64,000 nt of DNA from Eremomyces bilateralis CBS 781.70 (taxonomy: Eukaryota), in NCBI GenBank assembly GCA_010015585.1, contig ML975152.1. One strand, 5' to 3'. A program made the translations under genes and the position numbers. Position 1 is the stretch's first letter. Each line of letters starts with the position of its first letter. The notes below the pieces were generated by a model that was given only the letters and a program-made list of their open reading frames with translations, was not told where the DNA came from and searched no databases. Of this stretch, positions 14,328 through 26,721 are shown in pieces.

Positions 14328-15114
14328 TAGCTATTGTTTATGGACCATGCCCGAGGGCAACAACTTGACTAGTTGGGTAATGACAGCGAATAAATGCAGA
14401 CAAAGAAGCTCAAGGACTGTACAACTGAGAGAGATGAGCTAGGAATCGAACAAAGCGTCTAACCATGAAGTAGGGGAAAAAGATGGATATGTCTAGAGTA
14501 GAGAGCGCAAACACAGAGATTCCAACTTGACCTAATTCATTGACGTGATAATTGCTTATTATGGGCCACCGCCATGATTGGCAGCTTCCAAGTACTTGGA
14601 TCGTCAGTGCCATTCCATGTGGCTCTCGTTGATGCTTCTCTGGGGTTCCGAAATACTTGCTAGCTGGAAGGAATGGTCAACCACGGTTCACCACATGAGG
14701 CCAAACAATCGTAATCGATCCTAATGTGTGCGAAAGAGGAAGTTAAAAGAAATCTTCTTCATAACCTGGTTGATTATGTGGACAAAATCCTGAGGTTCGG
14801 AATTCGGAATTGTTTCTCTTTTATATATACGGTTTCTTGGCCAGTTACATCTGAAGCATAGATTCAGGGACCATTTGCACCACCGATAGAATTACCATTG
14901 CAATTAAAGTAGATAGGAAAAATAAGGAAGTTAATAGACACTGCGTGACACAATAAGACCAAAGGATATCTTTATAACTGTTGTTAACAACAATAGCTTC
15001 GAATGTCAGATGCAGTAGAAGCATAAGTCACGTGAGCGGTGTCAACAAACTACAAGCTCCAGGTGGCAGTTTAGACAAATAGAAACAAATCCTCAATTCT
15101 CCTTGGGGACGAAA

Positions 15115-16954
15115 ATGAGGGAATCAATACTTACAAGGCTTGTGTATACGAGCATTATCTATGGCGGTATTGCTTTCAGTGCAGATGCCCAGCGCCCACG
15201 AGGTGTTGGACCTGAATGTAAGCTCTCATATCTATTACCTGCTTGCAGTGATATGTAGCCCCTTAACGAAGCTGCTTAGGAGGACTGGGCGTGATGAAAG
15301 AAGCTGACTGAACTCTGGGATAGTTGCCAAATTCTACAAAACGACTGATACATTCGCTTGTATCTCGAATCCATCGATAATTCTTCCGATCGCCTCCTTG
15401 AACGACGACTACTGCGATTGTCCAGACGGCTCAGACGAGCCAGGTACTTCCGCTTGTGCTCATATTTCACCCCTATCACCACCTAGCCCTGTCGACAATA
15501 CCCTCAATAACAAACTCGCCCTTCCTGGCTTCTACTGCAAGAACAAAGGCCACAATCCGGGGTACGTCCCGTTCACGGCCGTCAACGATGGTGTCTGCGA
15601 TTACGACCTCTGCTGCAATGGCTCCGATGAATGGCAAGGGGTAGGCGGTATCAAATGCGAAGACAAGTGTAAAGAGATTGGAAAGGAGTGGCGGAAACAT
15701 GATGAGGAGCGAAAGCGGGCCTTGGGCGCGGCAAGTAAGCGGAGGGCAGAGTTGGTGAAGGAAGCAGGGCGTCTGAGAAAGGAGATGGAAGACCGGCTCC
15801 AGTCTCTACAAACGGAGATTCAGGGTTCGGAGATCAAAGTACACAACCTTGAAAAGGAGGTGGCAGAAGTCGAAAGAGCCGAGAAAGGCAAGCTGGTCAA
15901 AGGACCTGCCGGTGGTGGAAAATTGAGTGTTTTGGGTGGCCTAGCGAAGCAAAGAATCGAGGAGCTTCTAAAAAACGTGGACAGGGTCAAGAACGAGCGA
16001 GATGATGCTAGGAGACGTTTGGCCGGACTTGAGGAGCTGTTGACGAGCTTCAAGGAGGAATACAATCCCAACTTCAACGATGAGGGCGTGAAGCGAGCAG
16101 TCAGAGCATGGGAGGATTACATTGCACAAGGAAAAGCCCCTGATCTGAACAATGCCTTGGAACAAGATTTGGAGCAGATCATGAAGCCAGATGCCGAGAA
16201 CGGTCTTAACTGGGAAGAATTCCAGGATGCAGACGAGAGCGACGTCGAAGTCTGTAAGTGGTCATCACCATTCATACGCTGGGAACACTTATTGACAACT
16301 ACAGTGTACAATTTCGAACAGTACCTTCCTAAGCCACTCCGCGAGTGGCTCAACCAGAAACTTCGCGACCTTAGGGTGTTCCTCATCGAAAACGGCATCC
16401 TTGCAAACCCACATAGTGACGCCTCGGAATCTGCTGCCGTTACCAAAGCCAAGCAAAGTCTTGAAGCCGCGAAGTCCGCCCTCCGCAGGGAGCAGGACGA
16501 ACTCAAGTCCCACCAAGACGACTTGGCCAAAGAGTACGGCCTCGATGACATTTTCCGCGCCCTGAAAGGGCAATGCATCTCTACCGACTCCGGCGAATAC
16601 ACCTACGAGCTCTGCTGGCTTGACCGCACGACGCAAAAGCCCAAGAAAGGCGGCGCGAACGTCGGAATGGGCAACTTTGTCCGGGTCGATACCGTCATGG
16701 TGGACGAGGAGCTGCCGCCCAATGGAAAGGGGCTGGGGTCCGGTGAGCGGATTGCGTTGCGATATGAGAATGGGCAGTTCTGCTGGAATGGTCCGAACCG
16801 GAGCACACTGGTCGTCCTGGCATGTGCAGAGAAAGACGAGGTGTGGAAGATCACCGAGGAGGAAAAATGCGTGTATAGGATGGAGGTTGGGACGCCTGCG
16901 GCCTGTCAGCCACAGGGAACGGCGAAAGGGGTGCGTGAGAAGGATGAGTTGTAG
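15115..16954 (+). CDS. GTB1: Glucosidase II beta subunit (PRKCSH/Gtb1), 2 introns
   Basis: Signal-peptide exon MRESILTRLV...RPRGVGPE; NDDYCDCPDGSDEPGTSAC; coiled coil; MRH domain (YTYELC, CWNGPNRS, EEEKCVY); C-terminal KDEL. Confidence 0.92.
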
Positions 16955-19900
16955 ACTTTTACTATCAGCCACGATAAGTCTCGTTTCAACGGGGGATTTG
17001 GATGCGGTTTGTCAATTGTGATCGAGGCGGCTGGCGTGTCGGTTATGGGATAGATGTGAATGTATCGTGTAGCATGGCCAACATTGCCGGTTCATAAGAA
17101 GCATAAAGCGTCGTTTCCTTGTCATTCCAGTCTCATTTGCGGTTATTAGGATCCTACTGAGTCTCGTGATGTCTAAAGCACCATGTGTCCATCAGAAATT
17201 CAGAACGCCATTCCCAGGAGATCGTACGCTTACTCTACGGATACAAAAGATGGGTCCCGGCTTCGAGGGGATTTAGGAGCGGGTCTTCTGGAGAGTGGAG
17301 ACAACTTGAAACGACCAAAGGAATGATAATAGATGCTAGTAGATCTTTCAATAAAATGATCAGCCAGAACCATCCTTTCTTAGTAATTTCAGAAATGATT
17401 CACCGGATTAGATGATTCAACTTGCGAGAGCCTCGTGGACTCCTGAAGAGGTCCACTCTCCACTGTCTGGATGATTGATGAATGGTGAATTGGTGATTGA
17501 ACCCTTTCCCTGAATGGTGAAAGTGTCCAGTTTTCATCGTTTTCTAGAACATAATTCTGGATTTCTCCAATCGGCGATCCGACATGGAATGAAGGAACCT
17601 TCCATGTCTTGAGTCGTCAGTCTTTAGCTCGGTCATCTCGACTTTGCAGGTAGCCAGAATCCAGAAACATACTACATACAAGTGCTGAATCAGCACTCAG
17701 TCTCACACCTCAGACACCTGACGCCATCATTCCTCCTCCCCTGTTTTGTCTCATTTCTCAACCACCTGTTCGCCCATGTCCATGGTACGGAAACACGCAT
17801 CCGGAGATTATCGCCTCCGCAAATGACTCCAGTCCAGATTCCACATCTGACATCCAGTCAAGAATCCATTCCGAATTCAAGGGAAAACCCCGCATGATGA
17901 CGCCGTCGCAACTCCCAGCTAACAAATTCAACCCTATCAACTGTCCCTCCTGTCCTGCGTTGTTTTCCTCAGACTGTGACCGGAGGTCGCACCGGTATGT
18001 CGGCCTGTTGGGGTAAGGTCAAGTTCCCCCGACGCGTCTTAGTCGCGTTAGGGCGGCGATGTGGCGTAGATCACGGTTCCGAGGGAGAGGGAAACCCGGG
18101 ATGGCGTAGAGGGTACGGAAAGATACCCAGTCTGGATGTAATTTTCTGGGGTGGAACATGAACTCCGTAATCGCAGGGCGTTTCTTCCGATGAGTAGTGA
18201 AATCGTCGCTGTTTTAGGGGTGGAGGTTCCTCTTAGCGATATCAAGCGTCCTAGGCTCCTGATACCAACCCTCTGCGCCATTGGGTACTGCAAGTTCAGG
18301 CAGGTAGTATTAGGAGACTTGCATGAAGACCTGACATCATCATGGCATCGCGTTCTACTGTATGGATAAACTGTTTGATTAATTGGGCTAATATGTTACA
18401 GTTTCAGACCACGAGGAACTGAAGCCAGTGTTGTTCTCTATATATTAGTCAACTCCGGGCAACGACTCATCAGCGACTAAATCAATAGAGAAGGTGCCAT
18501 TATTTCTCTAGTACAGAGTCACGGCAGTAACAATCCTTTTCTCTGGCGATCTGGCATACAGGCTTTTCTCCCGGTGGTCCGGTTTTGCTATGCATTTCAC
18601 CCATTATCTCCTTCATCTTCCTCGGTCATTGCCTATCCCGGGGCACGAGTTATGCTTAGAGGGGTTTCCTTTTCGTCAATGAGCCACTCGATTGCGAGAG
18701 AAAGGAGGCGGGGATCGCACAAGATCATCAATTGGATCGCAAAGCGTGGCACGAGACAGCACGTTCTGCGGCTCGAATTGGAGTTACGCGATGTGCGACG
18801 AACTACATGCCACACGATAACACGACGGAAGTCTGAACGGTGTCGCTGTATCACGAATCTTTGTGCTGCCTTCCCTCCTGGGAGCACGGGATCTCAAATA
18901 GATGCTGGTTGCTGGACGCCGGCGACACTTGGGGCGAAGCTATAGCATACCCATCGCTTTATTGACGAGCTCGGCTGTCAATACGGGTATTGGAGAGACT
19001 CCAGATGCTTGCGATTCGGAATGTCCATTATATTGTCTAGTCTTCTAAATCGTTTAAGTCTACACTTCCGGCATTGAATATCGCCAAGGGTTTTGACTTA
19101 ATGGGTGCCATGGGCGTCGGTATCTGGTCTGACTCCGGATGTCAAATCATGACACAGTACTTCGAGTCTTCGAATATTGGTGCTACGTCATGGACGAACG
19201 AGTCGAATTTGAAGAAATGGCGATTTACATTCGGAAATTAGCGAGCTATAGTCGACTAGGGATGTTCGCAGGCTGGTGAACTGGCCTCGAGTTCTAGGGC
19301 AAGCTGACTCGTGTACGGAAGTACTTTGTACCCGTATCACAGCCCTACACCCTCTCGAGTCTCGACCCTCGACTCACGGCCTCGAGGCAATCCTCGATTC
19401 CTCGTAAGCGATAGACGCATCGGAAATCGAACGAGCACCGGACGAACTGTATTCCCTACCTTCGTCGCCTGCTACACTAGTGACCAGAGTATTGTCGGTT
19501 GCAAAGTCACAAATGATCCCGAGTTAGTGGACAGTGAAGTGATCCCTGCATAGCATCGGCTGCCTGCTGCTTTCATATTTTCGCTCTTCATAGGGCACAG
19601 TCATTCAATTTCTGATTGGGTGCCTGGAGTCGAGCAAGATGAGAATGTCAGAATACAGGTCACATCTCCCTGCCAGAATTCAAGGTTCAAGCTTGATTCC
19701 ACTTGCATGTTTGTCCTGGCACAGCAGGCTGATCTTACACATCGTCTGCTGTGAGCCTGTAAGATGGACGAGTTGATCCGATTTAGCGACATGCAGGAGA
19801 GCCATCAAACCTCAGGAGCGCGAAGTATCACCTAGTGAACGTCGTCGAGGAGCATATTGTCCCTCTCCTAGAAATCTTCAATATCCAACTGGTCGAAGGC

Positions 19901-22530
19901 ATTAAGGCAATGGTCATCGGCTGTTGGTGACAGGATGCTGGAACGGCACCAAAAGCAAGGCCACAGTGGTTCCTTGTTTGCAATTCGCCCAAGATCAGCG
20001 TAACGAAGCGCATTGGCCCCTATTTTCTTCTCATCTTCCTTGCAAGGAGCAATATTCCCGTTCCTTTCGTCCAATGATGACCGAGGTTGTCTCCTTTTAG
20101 TTCCCTGCGGCTTGTCTGTGCACTCCGCGTGGTGTGTCAACAGAGCCTGGGAAAACTGGACAGGGGAAACGATGGGCCTCTAAGGGTTTGGGGGCTGGGG
20201 GCAATTTTCTCGAAATGAATTGTCGATGCTAAAGGCAATCTGATTTAATCATAGAATAGATATCGCAGATCTGCATGCAGTTTTCTAGAACAAATCAACA
20301 GCGGATCATTAATCAATGATCCTGCCTTCTGGTGCGAAAAGTTGAAAAGTTTAATAGAAAAAAGACGAGAAAGCGGCTTAGAAACGCGATCCTCCGTTGT
20401 TGTTCCGTAGTAGCACTTGCACAGTAGACGTAACACCTCAACGATTTCATTCCTAAACGATCTGAGTTCTGACTCTGTGTAGCGGCCAGCGGGGAATGGG
20501 AGCCGGAGAAGAAAAGAAATGGAGCGACGTTGGCCCGCCGTCCCTTGTTTGTTGCCGTGATCAAGATATTCTGGTACCGGAATGCGATCGTGTATTCGTG
20601 ATTCACCTACACAAGTGGTCTTGCCGCTATTATTGACTCGTGGATTTCGTTATTTTGTTTTCCATGTAGTACGGATAGACAATACACAAGTATTGATTTG
20701 ATCCTGGAGTCAAGAATCCCCTGCCTTTGTTGCTCTCAAGAAAGGTCTTCCCCAATCGACATGGAGAAGTAACGTTCAGTAAGCTGGTTGGGGACTGGCT
20801 CGAAACCTGAAACACCAGAACTTGTGCATGGCAGACCGTTATATATTCCGTTTTCCACCCCTACCCTACATCGGGATGTATTGTTATGCGAAGCCTCCCT
20901 AATTCCCAATTTCCGGTACGTACCTTTTGAGGTACGGCGTTCCTGACGGGCCACTGGTCAACTTGAAGGTGTTCCTGCAGTAGCTTGACGCTTCTGGCCA
21001 TCGGCTGTGACATTGCACCAACGACATTTCGTCTGAGTGGTCTCGTCTCTTCTCTCCTTCACGATGCCCCTTGGTCCTCAGTCATCACCATCTTCATTCG
21101 CTCAACTCTCCCTATCCAGTGTTCACTGTCACGCCTAGGCTCATGAGTCGACTTGCTTTCGTTGTCGCACCATCGAGTACCCATATCAGCCTATCCAGCC
21201 ATCCATTTGGCAGCTCTCTCCTACGAGGGGATCCCCCGAGCTGGACAAGACGACCGTCTGGACGTGCCCTTTCTCAGGGGATGCCTTATTGCTCTCCGAA
21301 ATTACCCTGCCAGGATCCGGCGACTTCGGTCTTTTCCTTGCGCTTTGCCTTGGGCTGGCTCGCGCCTGGCTGTCCCACATTCCCAGTTGCGGTCGTCACT
21401 CGTCACATTCGGGATTCCCCATGCTTTGGAAGGAAATTTTACCAGGAAACCCTTCCCTCTCGTTGAGATCCCCCCTACATATCTACCCACCCTAGCCGCC
21501 CAATCGCCGGGCTGAGCTAGAACCTGTCGATCAATAATCCATCTTTCTGCTCGTCCAGGTCCTCTCTTTTCCTCTTTGTCGACTCTTCAATCATTCCAGC
21601 TCGATGGTAATTTGACCTCGTGCCTTTGTTTCGCGTCTTCGTTTCGATATCGCCCCATCATTTCTTGATTGCGGCCGTCACTCTTTTGGAAAGGACCTGG
21701 AATTCGAATCCGAACCGTATATTCGCAACTGCCGCTCGTTTACCGTTGCCGAAACGTCCAGATCAAAGTCCACTCGAACCTTTGGAACCCTCCCGATCAA
21801 GCATTCGGCCGGATATTTCTATCAGACACGTTATCTTGCATTCTCCCGAGATTTCCCTCTATTCAAACCGATCTAGACGATCTTCGACTCTCGTATCCAA
21901 GCTGTTGACTCGACAGTGTCCACTCATTCGATATCTCTCGACCATTTTGGACATACTGCCGACCGACACACTATATTCCCGGATATTTCGACTTGGATAT
22001 GCGACGATAGCTTGAATGGATAGCCCATCATTCACTGAAAAGGCATAAACTTGATATAAAAAAGGGCCGTGGTCCGGACACTTGCGTTCATTCGTACGTG
22101 CAGCCCTAGCAGAGTTGTTAAGAATGACGGGAAGATGCAGCTGAGGCAAGATATGCTGATGATTATCGTTACAGAATACTGAAACTGCGCTGGCGCCCTC
22201 AATCTCGCATTCTTGACGAGTTCTTAGAACAAATTCTCTTGCCGTTCATTCTCGCAACACTGTCGCTCGCTGGGCATGTGACATTGGACCGCGAGCGCAC
22301 TACTGGATTCGGATTATCAGAAACCGAATCTTTACTTCGTTTCACACGTTAACCCTTCTTGTGCTTCTCAAGAACCTGTATGTCTTATCTCCCATTTTCC
22401 ATTGCTTTCGTTTCGTTTCTTTCGTTCCTGGATCATTGGGAGTGTTCAATGCGCGACCATGGAACCACAAAACCCTTCAAAGTCCATGAAACCCAAAAAA
22501 GAACCGAAGTCTAACCTCCTTAAAGGAATC

Positions 22531-25500
22531 ATGAACAGGTTCCTAACAAAAAAGCGGGCCAAAAAGGCTCCCGTCCCAGCCAGGGTGGAGGTGGACCTCA
22601 CTGCTGCGCTCCCTTCACAAGATGACTTTCGCACCAGTTTGATTATGCCCAATCTGTCTGCTCGCTTCAGCATGTTGAGAGAGCAGGATGATCCGAACTC
22701 GATGTTAGGCAAAGCGAGTGACGACAGTGTTCTGACCCCACGGCGTCAATCCCGTCTCCATGACTTTGGCTTCATGGCTGGCGGTCTAGCAGACATCGCT
22801 GAAGTCTCTTCGATTCGCAGTGTATCACGACGACCTCAAATGAATGGCCGCCAGGAGTCATATGCCTCCGAGGAAGGCTATGGAACCGATGATAATTCGA
22901 ATAGCGGAAGTATGATGAGCCGAGCAAGGCCTGGCGAGGGAAATGTCTTATTCGGGGGACGACAAAAAGTCTACAAGATCCCCGTTGCGACAACTGGATC
23001 CGACAAAAGCCTGGGAAGTTCATCCGCAAGTAGTGGCGCAATGACCGGTAAAGTCGTCTACGATGATGATCTCAGTCTCTCTGCTTTCCAGAAACATCGC
23101 CAGGAAGAGAGGCAACGGCAACAGGCATTGGAAGAGTTGGAACGAACCACACTATCGGCCAACCCCCAGAGTGACTTCGATCGCCGAAATACCAGCTCCT
23201 CGACAAATTCCGGGCCTTCCAACAACCATCGGTCGTCCACTGCTGCCACTTCGGTCAACTCTCAAACTGCAAACTCCGCAACCCCCAGTTCGCCAGTCCT
23301 TCCCACCTCCACAAAGCCAGCCCAGATGCCAATAGACCGGTCCAACACGAAAGCGCGCCGTCTCTATGAGCAGGGTCTCAATCGTGACATGCAAGACCAG
23401 CAGTCGTCTGCCATGAACCGCTTGAACTCCATCAACAAGAACCCTCGAATGGACCGCGCTATGTCGCCTCCTATGCTATCCCGCAACCGGAGTCCCTCGA
23501 GCGGACCAGAGTTCCCTCACCGCGCTCTACGATCCTTCCGTGCCGCAAGCCCCCCTCCATCCGGTGCGCTTCCGACACCCACTTCTCTAGAACCCATTAG
23601 AGATGATCCGACCCCATCTCCTAGATTCGGAACTCTACCACACTCCCCCCCACAAAGCCCCCTAGCTAGCGATACCGAGGAAATCGGCCCTCTCAACTCC
23701 GCGATCCGTCACGGGGACCGTGGGAAAGCAACGGCGATGGGGGCATTCAACCGACCGAAACAGTTCAGCGAAGAACAGTATTTGGAACGCCAGAAGCAGA
23801 TCCGGGAGACTCGCGAGACAGGGCGCGAGTCACCGATGTTTCGACGGGACATGTCCCCTGCCACTGGAGCAGAACGCCAGAAGCCAATCCAGGAGACTCG
23901 AGAGCCTGGTCGCGAGTCCCCAATGTTTCGAAGAGACTTGTCCGGCGGCGCTGGACCGGAACGCTCGAAACCTCTACAGGAGGTCCGCGAGACAGGGCGT
24001 GAGTCCCCGATGATTCGACGAGACTTTTCGGCACCCCCTGGGCCGGAACGACAGAAGCATATCCCGGAGCCCCGCGAGGTAGGGTGTGAGTCCCCGATGC
24101 TTCGACGAGACGTGTCTGTGGGCGCTCAAGTGGAACGCCAGAAGCAGATTCTGGAAGCCCGCGAGACTGGCCGTGAATCACCGATGTTTCGAAGGGATAT
24201 ATCCGCACCCGGTGGACCGGATCGCCAGAAGCCGATCCAGGAGAGCCATGCGCCAGGGCGCGAGTCCCCGATGTTTCGACGAGACATGTCCACAACCGCT
24301 GGACCTTTCTCGAAAAAGAACGCTGGAAACATGAAAGCCGGCGAATCGTCTTATATGCGATCTCGATCGGGAACTGTGGATTCGCAGTCGAAGTTCAGCT
24401 TCGATCAGGCAAGGCCGGCGCCATTAAATCTGCAACCGAAATTCCGCGCTCAGCAGCCAACGCCTCCCCCCGAGGAGCCTCGGGAGAAGCCGCAAGAGCA
24501 GCCGCAAGAACAACCGCAAGAGTGGAGTGCGTTTTCAATCTTCCAAAAAGCAGCCAATCAAATGAAGACAGCGCCCGATGAAAAGCCTGAAGAGCCACCG
24601 CAGCCACCGAGCCCACCGACTGCTCGGACTTTCTTCAGTTCTCCTGCCGGTAGTGATACTGAGGACGAGCCTGAACCCGTAAAACCCGCCTTTACAAGTC
24701 CAGAAGTCCCAGCAAGGCTAAACAATATCATACCACGAGCTGCTCCTCCCGTCTCTGAGCATCCAGCTCTTCGCTCCCAGCCACCGCTCGATTTCGAGCT
24801 GGATCCACCCCCATTCTCGAAATTCCTGAAAAATGAAGGGTCAAGACCGTCATCGCGTGCGCGTGCGTCAATCCAGGAGGAAGCTGACAACCTTGATTCT
24901 CCTACACTTAGGGATAGAGATTCGGGCGCATTGGGTGGAATGGTCCAGCACCTGCGCACGAGCAGCAATGTTTCTTCCGTATACAGCGTGCAGCCCTCAA
25001 CACCGAAGCTGCCGCTAGCAGTTCAGACTGGGAATGTTTCGGGTGTAACCAACGACTCCCGTGCTGGTACTCCTACGCATTCAAGCTACAGCCCCTCAAA
25101 TCCCTGGGATCTTGAGGATCTTGATCGTGCGTACTTTGGTGAAGCGGACAGCTCGGGCGTCAGCCCTATCGAAATGCCCAAATCGAAAGCTGGTGGCAAA
25201 GCTCTGAACGGATTGGATGCGCAGAGGGGGTACATGCAGTCATCGCTTCAGACAGTCGAGCCCACTTGGGAGCAGGAATTGAAGACGAAACACACTCGAG
25301 ATGCCAGCACCGCGACGGCCCATGAGCGAGAAGCATTTGCAAACGAATTGGAGCAGAGGAAGAGGGCGATACAGGAGAACTTGCGCAGCAAAGTTGCCAG
25401 TACTATGCTAGATTCTGATAAAGACCGAGGACCGAGTCAGCTGCCTGGGATCAACAAGGTCTTCGGCACACTCCGGTCTAAGACCAGCCGCGATTCGATG

Positions 25501-26721
25501 AACAAGGCCGTGGACCCCTCGACAAAGGCAATGAAGATGCTTGGAATTACTGTAAATCCGAACGCAAGCACCTCAGCGCTGCCGAGCATCAAGGATGGGA
25601 AGCCATATGGATTCGACTACACGAAGTCGGAATCGAATCTGGAGAAAATGGAATCAAGACCGTCACGACCAGGCACGCGGCAAGCAATCCACGAGGCTGA
25701 GGAGGAGAGCCACTTCAAGAATCAGTCACCGCCAATGTCGTCGAAAACTTCTGCAAGGAATCGATCGAGCTCGGAGGTCTCGAGCGGTCGTTCACGAAGC
25801 CGCCCGCCAGGAAGATACAGGGACGACCTGGAGAAGGCTATGATGGAGGGAACCAGTAGCCGTGCACACAGCATGTTCCCCGTGGACGAACCACCGACCA
25901 TCCCAGAATTGGAACAAACAATTCCCGATCTTCCATCTTTTGCTCCAAGTGGAATGCGCAATGGCCCTGCCCCTGGTAGCCCCGGCTATTTCAACCAAGG
26001 CTCTCCCCATCTGCAGGCTAGCGGAAGTCCCTCCCTTGGTTCATCACGACCCTCTCCTGGATTCTCGTCAACTATGTCAAATGGCATGCCTTCACCTGCT
26101 CTCTCAGGCCGTCTAGGGTCGGCGTCGCCTGCACTCAACCCGTCTCGTCCCTCGCCGATGGCAGCGCCCTACTCCGCCCACTCCACCCCTCCAGTCTCCA
26201 ACTCCACTACTCCCGTCGCTCCCAGCTTCGAATCCACCTTTCGCCAAACCACCACCAGCCGCCCCCGCAAGCGCTCCATCCTGAAATCCAACATTTCCGA
26301 ACCTAAACTCCTCTCTACCACCAATAACATCGACACCGTCGCCCTCCCCGCCGGCGCGTCCCTCGCCAACGGCATGAACGAACTCGACCCGCCGCCTCTC
26401 CCCCCCATCAACCCACGGAGACGCCGCTTCGGCTTCGGCCGCACGGCCGGAGACGCCACGCCTCCTGACAGCGCCCGCACCAGCCCGCCGGGGACCAGCT
26501 ACGCGGATGGCGGAGTCGGGATGGCGTACAGCGCCGACGAGCATGAGAGGGGGACCCAATCAGTGAGTCGGTTGCGGAAAGTCACGAGCGAGGGGTGGGG
26601 ACTGAACGGGCATGGACGGATTGGACAGGGACAAAGAGCCAATGGCCACCCGCCGGCGATGCCGGTGTTTGGGGGCAAGCGAGGGCCTAGTCCGCCGAGG
26701 GTGGTGAACGGGATGTTCTAA
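22531..26721 (+). CDS. Large low-complexity hypothetical protein (about 1396 aa) with an internal 29-aa repeat array
   Basis: 4.2-kb open frame. The likely start MNRFLTKK follows a GTATGT...CTAAC...AAG intron (22378-22525). Non-repetitive blocks include DDFRTSLIMPNLSARFSMLREQDDP and ISEPKLLSTT. Confidence 0.8.
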   Translation: MNRFLTKKRAKKAPVPARVEVDLTAALPSQDDFRTSLIMPNLSARFSMLREQDDPNSMLGKASDDSVLTPRRQSRLHDFGFMAGGLADIAEVSSIRSVSRRPQMNGRQESYASEEGYGTDDNSNSGSMMSRARPGEGNVLFGGRQKVYKIPVATTGSDKSLGSSSASSGAMTGKVVYDDDLSLSAFQKHRQEERQRQQALEELERTTLSANPQSDFDRRNTSSSTNSGPSNNHRSSTAATSVNSQTANSATPSSPVLPTSTKPAQMPIDRSNTKARRLYEQGLNRDMQDQQSSAMNRLNSINKNPRMDRAMSPPMLSRNRSPSSGPEFPHRALRSFRAASPPPSGALPTPTSLEPIRDDPTPSPRFGTLPHSPPQSPLASDTEEIGPLNSAIRHGDRGKATAMGAFNRPKQFSEEQYLERQKQIRETRETGRESPMFRRDMSPATGAERQKPIQETREPGRESPMFRRDLSGGAGPERSKPLQEVRETGRESPMIRRDFSAPPGPERQKHIPEPREVGCESPMLRRDVSVGAQVERQKQILEARETGRESPMFRRDISAPGGPDRQKPIQESHAPGRESPMFRRDMSTTAGPFSKKNAGNMKAGESSYMRSRSGTVDSQSKFSFDQARPAPLNLQPKFRAQQPTPPPEEPREKPQEQPQEQPQEWSAFSIFQKAANQMKTAPDEKPEEPPQPPSPPTARTFFSSPAGSDTEDEPEPVKPAFTSPEVPARLNNIIPRAAPPVSEHPALRSQPPLDFELDPPPFSKFLKNEGSRPSSRARASIQEEADNLDSPTLRDRDSGALGGMVQHLRTSSNVSSVYSVQPSTPKLPLAVQTGNVSGVTNDSRAGTPTHSSYSPSNPWDLEDLDRAYFGEADSSGVSPIEMPKSKAGGKALNGLDAQRGYMQSSLQTVEPTWEQELKTKHTRDASTATAHEREAFANELEQRKRAIQENLRSKVASTMLDSDKDRGPSQLPGINKVFGTLRSKTSRDSMNKAVDPSTKAMKMLGITVNPNASTSALPSIKDGKPYGFDYTKSESNLEKMESRPSRPGTRQAIHEAEEESHFKNQSPPMSSKTSARNRSSSEVSSGRSRSRPPGRYRDDLEKAMMEGTSSRAHSMFPVDEPPTIPELEQTIPDLPSFAPSGMRNGPAPGSPGYFNQGSPHLQASGSPSLGSSRPSPGFSSTMSNGMPSPALSGRLGSASPALNPSRPSPMAAPYSAHSTPPVSNSTTPVAPSFESTFRQTTTSRPRKRSILKSNISEPKLLSTTNNIDTVALPAGASLANGMNELDPPPLPPINPRRRRFGFGRTAGDATPPDSARTSPPGTSYADGGVGMAYSADEHERGTQSVSRLRKVTSEGWGLNGHGRIGQGQRANGHPPAMPVFGGKRGPSPPRVVNGMF
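23785..24306 (+). repeat. Coding tandem repeat, 6 x 87 bp (29 aa; consensus about ERQKpIqEtRETGRESPMFRRDmS)
   Basis: Units start at 23785, 23872 and so on at 87-nt spacing; the ESPMxRRD core is present in all six. Confidence 0.9.
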
